DNA of 64,000 nt from Cellvibrionaceae bacterium (lineage in GTDB: Bacteria > Pseudomonadota > Gammaproteobacteria > Pseudomonadales > Cellvibrionaceae): the NCBI GenBank assembly GCA_050300015.1, contig JBNKWZ010000008.1, positions 125,393 to 189,392 on the forward strand, given 5' to 3'. Positions 1-10,605 of the stretch are shown here, one piece after another. Every line of letters starts with the position of its first letter. Positions within the stretch are counted from its first letter, which is position 1. Made by a program: the position numbers and the translations under genes. The notes beneath the pieces are model-generated. The model was not told the origin of the DNA, made no database searches, and was given only the letters and a program-made list of their open reading frames with translations.

Positions 1-1372
1 TACTGACCAGTCGGTCCTGCAAAGCCAATAAATCCTTCAGCGCTTCACGCACCAAGTCGATATTGATCGGGCGACCAGTAAAGTGGGCGTTAGCAATCAC
101 CCTTTTTAAGGCGCCTTCAAGCTCACGTACATTTGAACGAATACGCTGTGCAATAAAAAAAGCGGCATCATGTGGTAATTCCATTTTGGCTTGGAATGCC
201 TTTTTCATCAAAATGGCCACTCGCGTTTCTAGCTCCGGGGGTTCAATCGCTACGGTCAAACCCCACCCGAAACGAGATTTAAGACGTTCCTCCAATCCGT
301 TAATCTCTTTAGGATACCGATCACAAGTTAAAATGATTTGTTGCCCACCTTCCAAAAGAGCGTTAAAAGTGTGGAAGAACTCCTCTTGAGAGCGTTCTTT
401 TCCCGCAAAAAACTGTATATCGTCAATCAACAGCGCATCTACCGAACGGTAATAACGTTTAAAGTCGTTAATAGCGTTTAATTGTAAAGCCTTCACCATA
501 TCCGCCACAAAACGCTCAGAGTGAAGATAAACGACTTTTGCATTAGGCTTCCTCTGTAATAGAGCGTTTCCCACCGCATGCATCAAGTGCGTTTTGCCCA
601 GTCCCACCCCACCATAAATAAAAAGTGGGTTGTAGGAGCCTCCAGGGTTTTCAGCCACCTGAGTGGCTGCTGCCAAACCCAATTGGTTGGACTTGCCCTC
701 TACAAAGTTTGAAAACGTAAAATCTGAATTGAGGTAATTTCGGTGGTTTAATCCACCCTCAATATCTTCGCGCGCAATACGGGGCGTACGATAAACATCA
801 CCCATATCGTCAAAACGCTGATGCTTGTATTGACCGTTATTTTCTGAATTGGCTGGGCCCCTCGCCACGTCATTAAAACCTTCGCTCACTATACGTCTGT
901 CTTCATAGTCCGGTAAGCTATAGGTCTCGGCTTCTTGAGCCGCCATTGGGGTATTACGATCGCTGTTGTTATATCCGATTGGTGTTGTCGGCTCAGAGCG
1001 AAACTTTGAGTCCCGATGGTGACGACTGTGGCTGCCGTCAACAACATCGCCGGCCGTATTACTTTGGCTGGCCGATGAGGTATCCCCTCGAGGCTGATGT
1101 GGCTGACCGCTTGTATTCACACGAAAACTGAGTTCCTGGCGGCCGACCACGGCCACCTCTACAGGCTGGTTTCCCACACGTTGTGCAATCTCTTGAATTC
1201 TTTGCAAAAACTTTTCGTTTACCCAGTCCAACACAAAGCGGTTGGGCGCGAGCAAACGCAAGACACTTTGGTCTTCGTCAACTTTTAGCGGACGAATCCA
1301 CGTATTAAATTGCTGCGTCGACAACTCCCCTTGTAGGGTATCCAAGCAACTTTCCCAAACCGAATGAGACAA
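1..1372 (-). CDS. dnaA: Chromosomal replication initiator DnaA (3' end of gene lies outside window start; TTG start near 1372)
   Basis: Minus-strand translation reads [30 protein letters not shown] (DnaA domain I). It continues through Walker [17 protein letters not shown] and [18 protein letters not shown] to [28 protein letters not shown] (domain IV), which runs off the window edge. An in-frame TAG lies two codons upstream of the first TTG. Confidence 0.95.
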   Translation of the reverse strand, partial: MSHSVWESCLDTLQGELSTQQFNTWIRPLKVDEDQSVLRLLAPNRFVLDWVNEKFLQRIQEIAQRVGNQPVEVAVVGRQELSFRVNTSGQPHQPRGDTSSASQSNTAGDVVDGSHSRHHRDSKFRSEPTTPIGYNNSDRNTPMAAQEAETYSLPDYEDRRIVSEGFNDVARGPANSENNGQYKHQRFDDMGDVYRTPRIAREDIEGGLNHRNYLNSDFTFSNFVEGKSNQLGLAAATQVAENPGGSYNPLFIYGGVGLGKTHLMHAVGNALLQRKPNAKVVYLHSERFVADMVKALQLNAINDFKRYYRSVDALLIDDIQFFAGKERSQEEFFHTFNALLEGGQQIILTCDRYPKEINGLEERLKSRFGWGLTVAIEPPELETRVAILMKKAFQAKMELPHDAAFFIAQRIRSNVRELEGALKRVIANAHFTGRPINIDLVREALKDLLALQDRLVS

Positions 1373-1754
1373 AAAAGGCAACCTCTATTCGCGCCGTCTA
1401 ACCCTTACTAAAGCCCAATCAGCCTTCGCTCAGACGTACGCGCATCTTATTGTGTGTATTTGAACATTGCTGAGGCAAAAACCACAGCCCCCCAAAGAGC
1501 GCCAGTGTTGTTAACCTGCACTCAATCAATCAGTCCATCAACATACCCAACTCCTTAATACAGAATACCTATATAAAGGAAGGAAGAATTTTGGCGATTG
1601 GCGCCTGCTAAAAACCCGGGGGTTATTTGAAAACTGCACGCAGAAGAACCACGGCTAACAGCGCAATGAAGTTTACAACCTATACAGACTAATATGTTGT
1701 TTTATGCGCCATTATTTTTAACAATATCTGTGGGTAAAACCTCTACGATACGCC

Positions 1755-1763
1755 TTATCCACA
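1755..1763 (+). promoter_or_regulatory. Consensus DnaA box TTATCCACA
   Basis: Exact 9-mer consensus seen in sequence. Confidence 0.7.
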
Positions 1764-1900
1764 GCTCTAAGGTAGTTCTAAATAATTAGAGCTTTTGAGA
1801 TTCCTTTATAATCAAAGGCTTGAATAATTTTTATTGTAGTTTAATTGACTTTCCACACATTATCATCTGTAAGCGCACATAGCAGGTGCAATACACAAAC

Positions 1901-1909
1901 TGTGGATAA
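1901..1909 (-). promoter_or_regulatory. Consensus DnaA box (TGTGGATAA on plus strand)
   Basis: Exact reverse-complement of the 9-mer consensus. Confidence 0.7.
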
Positions 1910-2113
1910 GCCTGTTAATAAACTGGTTACAATATGTTCAAAAGTGAGATTCCACTTCGCGAGGGCCAGTGCTAAGGTATTCGCATCACAATCAACAGCC
2001 TTTGTTTTCCAACGGACTTGATTTTAAGGACCGACTTCTATAAGATCGCGCGTCCAAATTTAGGGCCTGGGTAGCCAGGGTATCGTCAACCGTTCTCACA
2101 TCCTAGGGTCGCT

Positions 2114-2248
2114 ATGAAAAGAACATTCCAACCCAGTAACACATCACGTAAGCGCACTCATGGCTTCCGTGCACGCATGGCCACAAAAAATGGTCGTAAA
2201 ATTTTGGCTCGTCGTCGTGCTAAGGGCCGCAAAGTTCTTTGCGCCTAA
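2114..2248 (+). CDS. rpmH: 50S ribosomal protein L34
   Basis: 44-aa [47 protein letters not shown]. This is the canonical L34 sequence, and it is too short to appear in the ORF track. Confidence 0.95.
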   Translation: MKRTFQPSNTSRKRTHGFRARMATKNGRKILARRRAKGRKVLCA

Positions 2249-2280
2249 AACCAATGACATAACCGCCGAGGTGTTCGGCT

Positions 2281-2718
2281 TTGACTGTTCAACCCAATTT
2301 ACATTGTCAAAGTGACACCACAACCCTCTCTTGCGAGAGGGTTTTCTTTACAAAGCACCAACGCCTCCTTAAACCGAGTGAATTTCAAAACGTCTTTAAC
2401 GACGCGCCTTTTCGTGCCTCCAACCCTCAGATTCTCATCCTTGCTTGCCCCAGCTCTAGTAACACTGCACGCCTTGGGCTCGTGATTGCGAAAAAGCACG
2501 TTAAGCGAGCGGTTGATCGCAACCGAATCAAGCGAGTGGCACGAGAAACCTTTAGGCTCCAACAGCACAAACTGCCACCAATAGATGCTATAGTGCTGGC
2601 CCGTCGCGGGGCACACACACTGTCAACAGAGGAACTGGGGTCAATTTTCAACGGGTTATGGAGACGGGTTCGCAAGCGCGCTCAATCTGTCCTCAATCAA
2701 GAGTCAGTTGAACAATGA
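2281..2718 (+). CDS. rnpA: Ribonuclease P protein component (true start uncertain; probably downstream of the 2324-2350 hairpin)
   Basis: The translation ...[18 protein letters not shown]...[30 protein letters not shown] matches the RnpA RNR motif region. The gene lies immediately after rpmH and overlaps yidD by 4 bp. Confidence 0.8.
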   Translation: MTVQPNLHCQSDTTTLSCERVFFTKHQRLLKPSEFQNVFNDAPFRASNPQILILACPSSSNTARLGLVIAKKHVKRAVDRNRIKRVARETFRLQQHKLPPIDAIVLARRGAHTLSTEELGSIFNGLWRRVRKRAQSVLNQESVEQ

Positions 2719-2945
2719 CACCTATCCTCAAAGCAGTCATTAAAACCTACCAGTACTTACTCAGTCCTTGGCTAGGCAACCACTGTCGTTTTACCCCCTC
2801 GTGCTCACATTACGCGCTAGAAGCGCTAGACCAACATGGCTCAGCTAAGGGTTCTTGGTTAACTGTGTGTCGACTGTGTAAATGCCACCCTTGGCACACT
2901 GGCGGTTATGACCCCGTACCCGACACAAAACACTGCAAACATTAA
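2715..2945 (+). CDS. yidD: Membrane protein insertion efficiency factor YidD
   Basis: 76 aa with cysteine-rich motifs TPSCSHYA and [13 protein letters not shown]. Canonical position between rnpA and yidC. Confidence 0.88.
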   Translation: MTPILKAVIKTYQYLLSPWLGNHCRFTPSCSHYALEALDQHGSAKGSWLTVCRLCKCHPWHTGGYDPVPDTKHCKH

Positions 2946-2964
2946 ATAATTGGTAACTCTATAA

Positions 2965-4650
2965 ATGAAGATGGATTGGCTACGAACTTCTTTGATAGCA
3001 GCAATTGCTTTAGTCTGCTTCCTATTAATGATCCGCTGGACAAACTTCCAAGAGCAGCGGGTAGAGCTGGTAAACAGTGGGCCGAAGGTTTCTGAAGGTT
3101 CAACGAGTACCCCTTCAAGCCCTTCGATGGCCGTTGAATCCGATAACCCAATGGATTCAACCGATTCAGATATACCGGTGGCAGAGGGTGGTGAAGCAAT
3201 GCCAACCCTCACCACCACAGGTAAAACCATCACAGTTAAAACCGATGTTTTGTCCACCGAAATCAACCTGGTTGGGGGAGACTTTCACTATGTAGGTTTA
3301 CCCACTTATTATGCGAAGTTGAATACGCCTGACACGCCTTTTGAATTGTTGGTGAATGACGCTAACAAAACCTACGCAGCTGAAAGTGGCCTCATCGGTA
3401 AAAACGGTACCGATGCACCAGGTAAACGTCCCCAATTCAAAGCCGAAAAAAATCACTATGAATTACAACCCGGCGAGGAAACCCTCACGGTGGACTTGTT
3501 TTACCAACAAACAGATGCCGTTCGGATTATTAAGCGTTTTAACTTTACCCGAGGTGACCATCTTGTTGATGTGTCTTACATTATCCACAATCAGAGTACT
3601 ACCCCTTGGGAAGGCCAATTATACGGACAAATCAAACGCAACGACTTTAACCCGGTTGCCTCGACTGGGGTAGGTATGAAACCCTTTTTGGGCGCCGCCA
3701 CCACTACAGACGAAGACAATTATAAAAAGTTTTCTTTCGATGACCTTGAAGATGAGAAGGTGAACTTTGAAAAGGCCGGCGGCTGGGTCGCCATGGTTCA
3801 GCATTATTTTATCAGCGCATGGATCCCTAACGCTGAAGACACGAACGAATTCGAATTGTTTCAATCCAAAAAATCAGGCTTGTTTTACTTACGTTTTTTT
3901 AGCCCAAAGTTTGAAGTCGCTGCCGGTAGTGTTGGCGAAAAGCACTTTAGTTTCTACGCAGGCCCCAAAGACATCAAAACACTTGAGACCGTGTCACCTT
4001 ATTTAGATCTTACCGTGGACTACGGCATACTATGGTGGATTGCTAAACCACTGTTTTACGCATTGGATTTAATTCATGGGATTGTGGGTAACTGGGGCAT
4101 TGCGATTATTTTGCTAACCGTCTGTATTAAGGTCTTATTCTTTTATCCATCTGCCGCAAGTTATCGCTCCATGGCCAAGATGCGTAAAGTGCAACCCAAA
4201 ATGGCTGAACTCAAAGAGCGCTGTGGTGACGACCGCCAAAAACTTTCGGCTGAGATGATGAAATTATACCGAACAGAAAAGGTCAACCCCTTAGGTGGTT
4301 GTTTACCGATATTGATACAAATGCCGGTATTTATTTCGCTTTATTGGGTGTTGGGTGAAAGTGTCGATCTTCGTCACGCACCTTTCTTTTTCTGGATTCA
4401 TGATCTGTCGGTGAAGGACCCTCATTTTGTATTACCTCTAATAATGGGCACCACCATGTGGATTCAACAAAAATTAAATCCCACGCCACCCGACCCGATG
4501 CAGGCAAAAGTCATGCAGATGATGCCTGTCTTTTTTACTTTCCTATTTTTAGTGTTTCCAGCAGGTTTGGTACTTTATTGGGTTGTTAATAATACCTTGT
4601 CAATCACCCAGCAATACATCATTACCAAGCAGATTGAAAAAAGCCAATAA
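2965..4650 (+). CDS. yidC: Membrane protein insertase YidC
   Basis: 561 aa with an N-terminal TM helix, a large periplasmic domain and a C-terminal multi-TM Oxa1 core ([20 protein letters not shown]...). Conserved synteny. Confidence 0.95.
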   Translation: MKMDWLRTSLIAAIALVCFLLMIRWTNFQEQRVELVNSGPKVSEGSTSTPSSPSMAVESDNPMDSTDSDIPVAEGGEAMPTLTTTGKTITVKTDVLSTEINLVGGDFHYVGLPTYYAKLNTPDTPFELLVNDANKTYAAESGLIGKNGTDAPGKRPQFKAEKNHYELQPGEETLTVDLFYQQTDAVRIIKRFNFTRGDHLVDVSYIIHNQSTTPWEGQLYGQIKRNDFNPVASTGVGMKPFLGAATTTDEDNYKKFSFDDLEDEKVNFEKAGGWVAMVQHYFISAWIPNAEDTNEFELFQSKKSGLFYLRFFSPKFEVAAGSVGEKHFSFYAGPKDIKTLETVSPYLDLTVDYGILWWIAKPLFYALDLIHGIVGNWGIAIILLTVCIKVLFFYPSAASYRSMAKMRKVQPKMAELKERCGDDRQKLSAEMMKLYRTEKVNPLGGCLPILIQMPVFISLYWVLGESVDLRHAPFFFWIHDLSVKDPHFVLPLIMGTTMWIQQKLNPTPPDPMQAKVMQMMPVFFTFLFLVFPAGLVLYWVVNNTLSITQQYIITKQIEKSQ

Positions 4651-6002
4651 TGTACGCAACGAATGAGACCATTGCTGCCATTGCCACAGCACCAGGGCGT
4701 GGCAGCGTGGGTATTGTTCGAATATCCGGCCCTCATACTGCAGCCATCGCACAATTGCTTTTGGGGTTTTCTCCCACACCTCGCCAGGCACACTACACCG
4801 ATTTTTATAATTCCGAAGGGCTTTCCATCGATAAAGGTTTGGCACTCTATTTTAAAGGGCCAAAATCCTTCACTGGAGAGGATGTGTTAGAGCTACAAGG
4901 CCATGGTGGCCCCGTAGTGTTAGATATGCTACTCACCACGGTATTACAACACGGCGCCCGGTTGGCTAAGCCGGGAGAGTTTTCTGAGCGTGCGTTCTTA
5001 AACGACAAGATGGACTTGGCACAAGCCGAGGCCATTGCAGATTTAATTAATGCCTCATCTGAGCAAGCAGCCAAACAGGCCATGGCTTCGTTACAAGGCG
5101 CTTTCTCCCAAAAAATTGATGCCTTACTACAACAGTTAATTCAGTTACGGATGTATGTTGAATCTGCCATTGATTTCCCCGAAGAAGAAATTGATTTTTT
5201 ATCGGACCAAAACATTCACCAAACCTTGCAACAAGTGATTGAGGCAGCACAATCGGTTTTGTCACAGGCCAAGCAAGGTAGCCTGATTAGGGACGGCATG
5301 AAGGTGGTGATTGCAGGACGCCCCAACGCTGGAAAATCCAGTTTATTAAATGCTTTATCTGACAAAAATGTTGCCATTGTCACGGACATTGCAGGCACCA
5401 CACGTGATGTTCTACGCGAACACATTCATATCGATGGTATGCCGTTACACATTGTGGATACCGCAGGTTTACGTGACAGCTCTGATCGGGTGGAAAGCAT
5501 TGGCATTGAGCGCGCATGGGAAGAAATCCACAAGGCAGACCGCATATTACTTATACTCGACAGCACGGATCCAACACAACTGAACGCACAATCACACTGG
5601 CCTGAGTTCTTTAACCACCCAGAACTCGTTCAAAAACTGACGCTGCTCTATAACAAGGTCGACATCCACCCTGTCGAACAAAGCCCCTCTGACGCGGCAA
5701 TCGCCATCAGCGCAAAAACGGGCCAAGGCCTGGACACCCTAAAACACCACCTAAAAGACGTTATGGGCTTTGCCACCACCACAGAAGGTGGATTCAGTGC
5801 CAGAAGACGCCACCTGAGTGCCATACAAACGGCCTTGCGATGCTTAGAGGATGGGCACACGCAACTGGCGGATCACCAAGCAGGTGAATTATTGGCAGAA
5901 GATCTACGAGCTGCTCAAAATGCTCTGAGCGAAGTCACCGGTGCGTTCACACCCGACGATTTACTGGGTGAAATCTTCTCCAGCTTTTGTATTGGCAAAT
6001 AA
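4650..6002 (+). CDS. mnmE: tRNA modification GTPase MnmE (TrmE)
   Basis: 450 aa with an N-terminal [21 protein letters not shown]-domain motifs [14 protein letters not shown] and DTAGLR, and C-terminal CIGK. Confidence 0.95.
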   Translation: MYATNETIAAIATAPGRGSVGIVRISGPHTAAIAQLLLGFSPTPRQAHYTDFYNSEGLSIDKGLALYFKGPKSFTGEDVLELQGHGGPVVLDMLLTTVLQHGARLAKPGEFSERAFLNDKMDLAQAEAIADLINASSEQAAKQAMASLQGAFSQKIDALLQQLIQLRMYVESAIDFPEEEIDFLSDQNIHQTLQQVIEAAQSVLSQAKQGSLIRDGMKVVIAGRPNAGKSSLLNALSDKNVAIVTDIAGTTRDVLREHIHIDGMPLHIVDTAGLRDSSDRVESIGIERAWEEIHKADRILLILDSTDPTQLNAQSHWPEFFNHPELVQKLTLLYNKVDIHPVEQSPSDAAIAISAKTGQGLDTLKHHLKDVMGFATTTEGGFSARRRHLSAIQTALRCLEDGHTQLADHQAGELLAEDLRAAQNALSEVTGAFTPDDLLGEIFSSFCIGK

Positions 6003-6160
6003 CACCACATTCTTCTCATTTCCTACTGCGTTACCAACAAGTCAAGCCTAGACCAACCCCCTCCACCAAAACACCTCTATTACACACTTACTCACACATT
6101 GCAGGCAACTTACCCACACTCACCCCACACCCTTACCAACACCCATCACAAAACGCCAAG

Positions 6161-6169
6161 TTATCCACA
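6161..6169 (+). promoter_or_regulatory. Consensus DnaA box TTATCCACA inside a G-depleted non-coding tract (second box CTATCCACA at 6268-6276)
   Basis: Exact consensus 9-mer. One-mismatch copy 107 bp downstream. Confidence 0.5.
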
Positions 6170-6581
6170 CTTTTCAACAAGCTAACAACAAACTGCACAC
6201 AAGCTTTTACCTGTCTGTGCAAAACCCCTAACTTAACAACTGGACAAACTCTGTGTAGCCATAGAAGCTATCCACAATAATATTGATTGTTTTTTGTACT
6301 GCTTAATAACCCCCGTATTCATACACACCTCATACGCAATTACACAGCGCAAACAAAGCCCCAGTACATAAGTTTTTAGGCCAATAACACTTTGATTTAT
6401 ATACATTTTTTGGGATTACGCACAGATAGCGATTGAGACTATAGATTCAATATCTTTAAAACCTTTACAAATAAACACTATTTTCTTACATACCAAATGC
6501 TTTATTTTTAACTGAGAAAATTGATTTAAACTGATTAAAAAATCAACTAAACTAAGCCCATTCTCGGATAAAGGAAAAACC

Positions 6582-7145
6582 GTGCAGCAATTTTTTATTT
6601 CACAGGGACTTGCAGAGTGCATCCCTCAAGCAGTACAACCTGCACCTTCTCTCGCTACCGAAGTGCTGACTTGGTATGGCCATGTGGTTCCCACCAGTAG
6701 CGGTCAGTTTTTTGTGTTTATGGAGCACAGCACTCGATATTGCCTTGTCGTTCATGAAGACAACGTACCCGACCAATTTGAGCAAACCCAAATTGGCCGA
6801 ATGATTCAGTCATTTCTTACTCAATCCGTTATTGAGCTCACTGGCGTTAATGACAAAATTGGTAAACGAATCAGTGTATTGATGGATGAAATGTGCCAAA
6901 CTTCTCAGGTCAACGTGGGCTTGGATTACGCCATCAGCGCTGATTTATTCGATGTGGCTTGCCAGTTACAAATTGTGATTGAAGATTTGGGCAGTTATTC
7001 AGCAGAGACTTTAAGCGAGGTGAATCTCGCTTATCATTTGAACCAAAATTCTGAGCACGGGGCAGTAGCAGGTAGCACCCCACTTGATCGCTTTAAAAAA
7101 CTATGGGTTCAAAAACTGGGCCTAAATGTGGCGGCCAGTCACTGA
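6582..7145 (+). CDS. Hypothetical protein (187 aa) occupying the mnmE-mnmG junction
   Basis: GTG start 6 nt after a good Shine-Dalgarno AAGGA. No TM segments and no motif I recognise. Uninterrupted ORF flanked by non-coding sequence. Confidence 0.55.
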   Translation: MQQFFISQGLAECIPQAVQPAPSLATEVLTWYGHVVPTSSGQFFVFMEHSTRYCLVVHEDNVPDQFEQTQIGRMIQSFLTQSVIELTGVNDKIGKRISVLMDEMCQTSQVNVGLDYAISADLFDVACQLQIVIEDLGSYSAETLSEVNLAYHLNQNSEHGAVAGSTPLDRFKKLWVQKLGLNVAASH

Positions 7146-7177
7146 GCGACCCAACCTCCAAAAATGGCGATTACTTT

Positions 7178-7206
7178 TTGATCGCCTATGCAAAACCTTC
7201 TATAAT
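7178..7206 (+). promoter_or_regulatory. Sigma70-like promoter for mnmG: -35 TTGATC, 17-bp spacer, -10 TATAAT
   Basis: TTGATC at 7178-7183 and TATAAT at 7201-7206, 36 bp upstream of the mnmG ATG. A GATC site overlaps the -35. Confidence 0.5.
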
Positions 7207-7241
7207 CGCCCGGCTTTTCTCTCTCGAACACGAGCGTCACT

Positions 7242-9131
7242 ATGATTTACCCAAAAACCTTTGATGTAATTGTGATTGGTGGTGGACACGCCGGCACAGA
7301 AGCTTGTTTGGCTTCCGCACGCATGGGCTGTAAAACCCTTTTGCTGACTCACAACATTGAAACCTTGGGCCAAATGAGCTGTAATCCTGCCATTGGCGGC
7401 ATTGGCAAAAGTCATTTGGTCAAAGAAATTGACGCTTTGGGTGGTGCCATGGCCAAAGCCACCGATCGCGGCGGCATTCAATTTAGGGTACTCAATAGTC
7501 GTAAGGGACCTGCCGTTAGGGCCACACGCGCTCAGGCAGACCGCGTGCTGTACAAAGCTGCCGTGCGTGAGATATTAGAAAATCAAGAAAATCTGCAGAT
7601 ATTCCAGCAAGCGGTGGATGACCTTATTGTGGAGGGTGACACTGTACGAGGGGTTGTAACCCAAATGGGGCTGAAATTTTTTGCGCCCTGTGTGGTGCTT
7701 ACCACCGGTACTTTTTTGGGCGGCCGTATTCATATTGGCTTAGAGAATTACTCAGGTGGTCGTGCGGGTGACCCGCCTTCCATAGCGTTGGCGGATCGTT
7801 TGCGGGAGTTACCCTTGCGCGTGGGGCGTTTAAAAACAGGTACGCCGCCCAGAATCGATGCGCGTTCGGTAGATTTCACCAAGGTGCAAGAACAATGGGG
7901 CGACGCCCCGTTGCCGGTGATGAGTTACATGGGGCAAGTGGAAGACCACCCCAAACAAGTGTGCTGTTGGATTACCCACACTAACACCCAAACTCACGAC
8001 ATTATCATGCAGGGGTTGGACCGCTCGCCAATGTATACCGGGGTGATCGAGGGCGTGGGGCCTCGCTATTGCCCTTCAATTGAGGACAAAGTGCACCGCT
8101 TTGCCGACAAAGACAGCCACCAAATTTTTATTGAGCCTGAAGGACTGAATACCCACGAGCTCTACCCCAATGGCATATCTACCAGTCTGCCTTTTGATGT
8201 GCAATTACAACTGGTGCATTCCATCAATGGGTTCGAAAATGCGCACATCGTGCGCCCCGGCTACGCCATTGAGTATGACTATTTCAACCCGCAAGATTTG
8301 CAATACAGCTTTGAAACCAAGCACATTCAAGGCCTGTATTTTGCCGGACAAATTAATGGCACCACTGGCTATGAAGAAGCCGGCGCACAAGGCTTATTGG
8401 CGGGCTTAAATGCTGGGTTAAAATCACAAGGCAAACCCCCTTGGTGCCCCACCAGAGACCAAGCTTACATTGGTGTGTTGGCTGACGATTTGATTACCAT
8501 GGGCACCCGCGAACCCTATCGTATGTTTACCAGCCGTGCCGAATATCGACTATTGTTGCGCGAAGACAACGCTGATTTGCGCCTCACTGAGCAGGGTAGA
8601 AACCTGGGTTTGGTGGATGACGCCCGCTGGCAGGCCTTCAGTGAAAAACGTGAGAGCATTGAACGCGAAACAGAGCGTCTGCGAACCACCTGGATTCAAG
8701 CGGGTAGCCCGGAGGCGAATACGTTGGCGGCCAAATTAAAATCGCCCTTGACCCGTGAATATTGTCTGCTGGATCTACTCAAGCGACCAGAACTCAACTA
8801 TCAAGACATTGGCAACATTAAAGGTGTGGCCCTGCTGGAACCTCAAGCGGCTGAGCAAGTAGAAATTGGTGCGAAATATTCGGGCTATATTACTCGCCAA
8901 CAAGATGAAATAGACCGTCTGCGGGCCAGTGAAAACATGGCTATTCCACCGGAGTTTGATTTCTCAGTGGTGGATGGGCTCTCCAATGAGGTCAAACAAA
9001 AATTGGCAGAGGCAAAACCTGCCACATTGGCGCGCGCATCACGCGTACCGGGTGTTACCCCAGCCGCTGTGTCACTGTTGCTGATCACCTTGAAAAAGCG
9101 TGGTTTGGTCAAAAAAGCTGCGGTTCATTGA
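7242..9131 (+). CDS. mnmG: tRNA uridine 5-carboxymethylaminomethyl modification enzyme MnmG (GidA)
   Basis: 629 aa with FAD-binding N-terminus [14 protein letters not shown] and [23 protein letters not shown]. Confidence 0.97.
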   Translation: MIYPKTFDVIVIGGGHAGTEACLASARMGCKTLLLTHNIETLGQMSCNPAIGGIGKSHLVKEIDALGGAMAKATDRGGIQFRVLNSRKGPAVRATRAQADRVLYKAAVREILENQENLQIFQQAVDDLIVEGDTVRGVVTQMGLKFFAPCVVLTTGTFLGGRIHIGLENYSGGRAGDPPSIALADRLRELPLRVGRLKTGTPPRIDARSVDFTKVQEQWGDAPLPVMSYMGQVEDHPKQVCCWITHTNTQTHDIIMQGLDRSPMYTGVIEGVGPRYCPSIEDKVHRFADKDSHQIFIEPEGLNTHELYPNGISTSLPFDVQLQLVHSINGFENAHIVRPGYAIEYDYFNPQDLQYSFETKHIQGLYFAGQINGTTGYEEAGAQGLLAGLNAGLKSQGKPPWCPTRDQAYIGVLADDLITMGTREPYRMFTSRAEYRLLLREDNADLRLTEQGRNLGLVDDARWQAFSEKRESIERETERLRTTWIQAGSPEANTLAAKLKSPLTREYCLLDLLKRPELNYQDIGNIKGVALLEPQAAEQVEIGAKYSGYITRQQDEIDRLRASENMAIPPEFDFSVVDGLSNEVKQKLAEAKPATLARASRVPGVTPAAVSLLLITLKKRGLVKKAAVH

Positions 9132-9781
9132 GCGTGGTGTTGGACGAACGCCTCCAGCAGCAGTTGGACAAAGGGATAAAGTTGCTGGGGCTGAACCTAA
9201 CCATTGCCCAAACTCAGAGCCTAGAAGCGTACCTGGTGCTGTTTCACAAGTGGAATAAGACCTTTAATTTATCGGCCATCCGGACTTTGGATCAAATGGT
9301 CGCTTTGCATGTGCTCGACAGCTTGAGCGTAGCCCCTTGGATCGAAGGTAAAACCTGGCTCGATGTGGGTACCGGTGGTGGTTTGCCGGGTATACCCTTG
9401 GCCATTACCTTTCCCGATAAGCATTTCACTTTACTCGACAGTACGGGCAAAAAAACGCGTTTCTTACACCAGGTCGTACAAAATTTAGGTTTAACCAATG
9501 TCACCGTGGTGAATGGTCGCGCCGAAGCCATTCACCCGCAAGAGCCTGTGGATGGTATCATCAGTCGAGCTTTTGCCTCCTTGAACGACATGATCACCTG
9601 CACGCATCACTGGCTTGGCCCCAACGGGCATTTTTGGGCCATGAAGGGGCAAATGCCGGAAACCGAGTTGAGCCAGATTCAAAAAGGCTTTATTGTCAGC
9701 AAAGTTCAACCCCTGAGTGTGCCGGGCGTGAAAGCCGAGCGCTGTTTAGTGGTGCTTAAGCCCGATCAACAAGAGACCTAG
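9128..9781 (+). CDS. rsmG: 16S rRNA (guanine527-N7)-methyltransferase RsmG (GidB)
   Basis: 217 aa with SAM-binding motif [16 protein letters not shown]. Overlaps the mnmG stop by 4 bp. Confidence 0.92.
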   Translation: MSVVLDERLQQQLDKGIKLLGLNLTIAQTQSLEAYLVLFHKWNKTFNLSAIRTLDQMVALHVLDSLSVAPWIEGKTWLDVGTGGGLPGIPLAITFPDKHFTLLDSTGKKTRFLHQVVQNLGLTNVTVVNGRAEAIHPQEPVDGIISRAFASLNDMITCTHHWLGPNGHFWAMKGQMPETELSQIQKGFIVSKVQPLSVPGVKAERCLVVLKPDQQET

Positions 9782-9783
9782 CC

Positions 9784-10590
9784 GTGGCGCAAATATACGC
9801 AATAACCAACCAAAAAGGTGGTGTGGGTAAAACCACCACTACCGTGAACCTTGCGGCGTGCCTAGCCGCCACGAAAAAGCGCGTGTTGTTGGTTGATGTG
9901 GACCCACAGGGAAACGCCACCATGGGCAGTGGTATCAATAAGATGGATTTGGACTACAGCGTTTATGACGTGTTGATGGGCGTTATGGATGTGAATTCCG
10001 CATTGGTGAATTCGGTCGATGCCGGCTATCAAGTACTGGGGGCGAATGCAGATCTCACTGCAGCGGAAGTGCAGCTACTGGAAGAGGAAGGCAAAGAGCA
10101 TCGTTTGGCGAATGCATTGTCGTCCATCGCCGCGCAATATGACTATATATTAATTGATTGCCCACCATCACTGAATATGCTTACCGTTAATGCCTTGGTG
10201 GCTTGTGACGGTGTGATCATTCCTATGCAGTGTGAATACTACGCGCTGGAGGGGCTGTCTGCACTGATGGACACTATTAGTACCATTCAACAAGCGGTCA
10301 ACCCAAAACTGCATGTGGAAGGGTTACTTAGAACCATGTACGACCCCAGAATGAGTTTGACTGGAGAGGTCTCCGCGCAGTTAATTCAACATTTTGGGGA
10401 TAAGGTTTATCGCACGTGTATTCCTCGCAATGTGCGTTTGGCGGAAGCCCCAAGTTTTGGCCAGCCCGTCATCATCTATGATAAACACTCTAAAGGCGCC
10501 TTAGCTTATTTGGCACTTGCCGGCGAAATTATTCGACGCAATGAAGCCAGTAATGCGCCTCCCGCAGCCATGATGGCCCCGACTCAATAA
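9784..10590 (+). CDS. parA: Chromosome partitioning ATPase ParA (Soj)
   Basis: 268 aa with deviant Walker A KGGVGKTTT and VDVDPQGN. Adjacent to parB. Confidence 0.92.
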   Translation: MAQIYAITNQKGGVGKTTTTVNLAACLAATKKRVLLVDVDPQGNATMGSGINKMDLDYSVYDVLMGVMDVNSALVNSVDAGYQVLGANADLTAAEVQLLEEEGKEHRLANALSSIAAQYDYILIDCPPSLNMLTVNALVACDGVIIPMQCEYYALEGLSALMDTISTIQQAVNPKLHVEGLLRTMYDPRMSLTGEVSAQLIQHFGDKVYRTCIPRNVRLAEAPSFGQPVIIYDKHSKGALAYLALAGEIIRRNEASNAPPAAMMAPTQ

Positions 10591-10605
10591 TAACGATGAA
10601 CTCTC

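Larger units (their letters stand above)
1680..1930. other. Candidate chromosomal origin (oriC): DnaA-box cluster plus AT-rich unwinding-element-like tract in the dnaA-rpmH intergenic region
   Basis: Perfect DnaA boxes TTATCCACA (1755-1763) and TGTGGATAA (1901-1909). One-mismatch box TGTGGGTAA (1729-1737) and weak box near 1849-1857. AT-rich runs at 1681-1727 and 1781-1850. The position between divergent dnaA and rpmH matches the Pseudomonas-type oriC location. Confidence 0.6.

Noticed and set aside
63-1288. Plus-strand ORFs 63-389, 946-1131 and 1097-1288
   Set aside because: They lie antisense within dnaA, whose minus-strand frame is unambiguous (Walker A, domain IV). They have no RBS and no recognisable motif.
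2299-2675. Minus-strand ORFs overlapping rnpA
   Set aside because: Antisense to a conserved gene. They are arginine-rich artefacts of the RnpA reverse frame.
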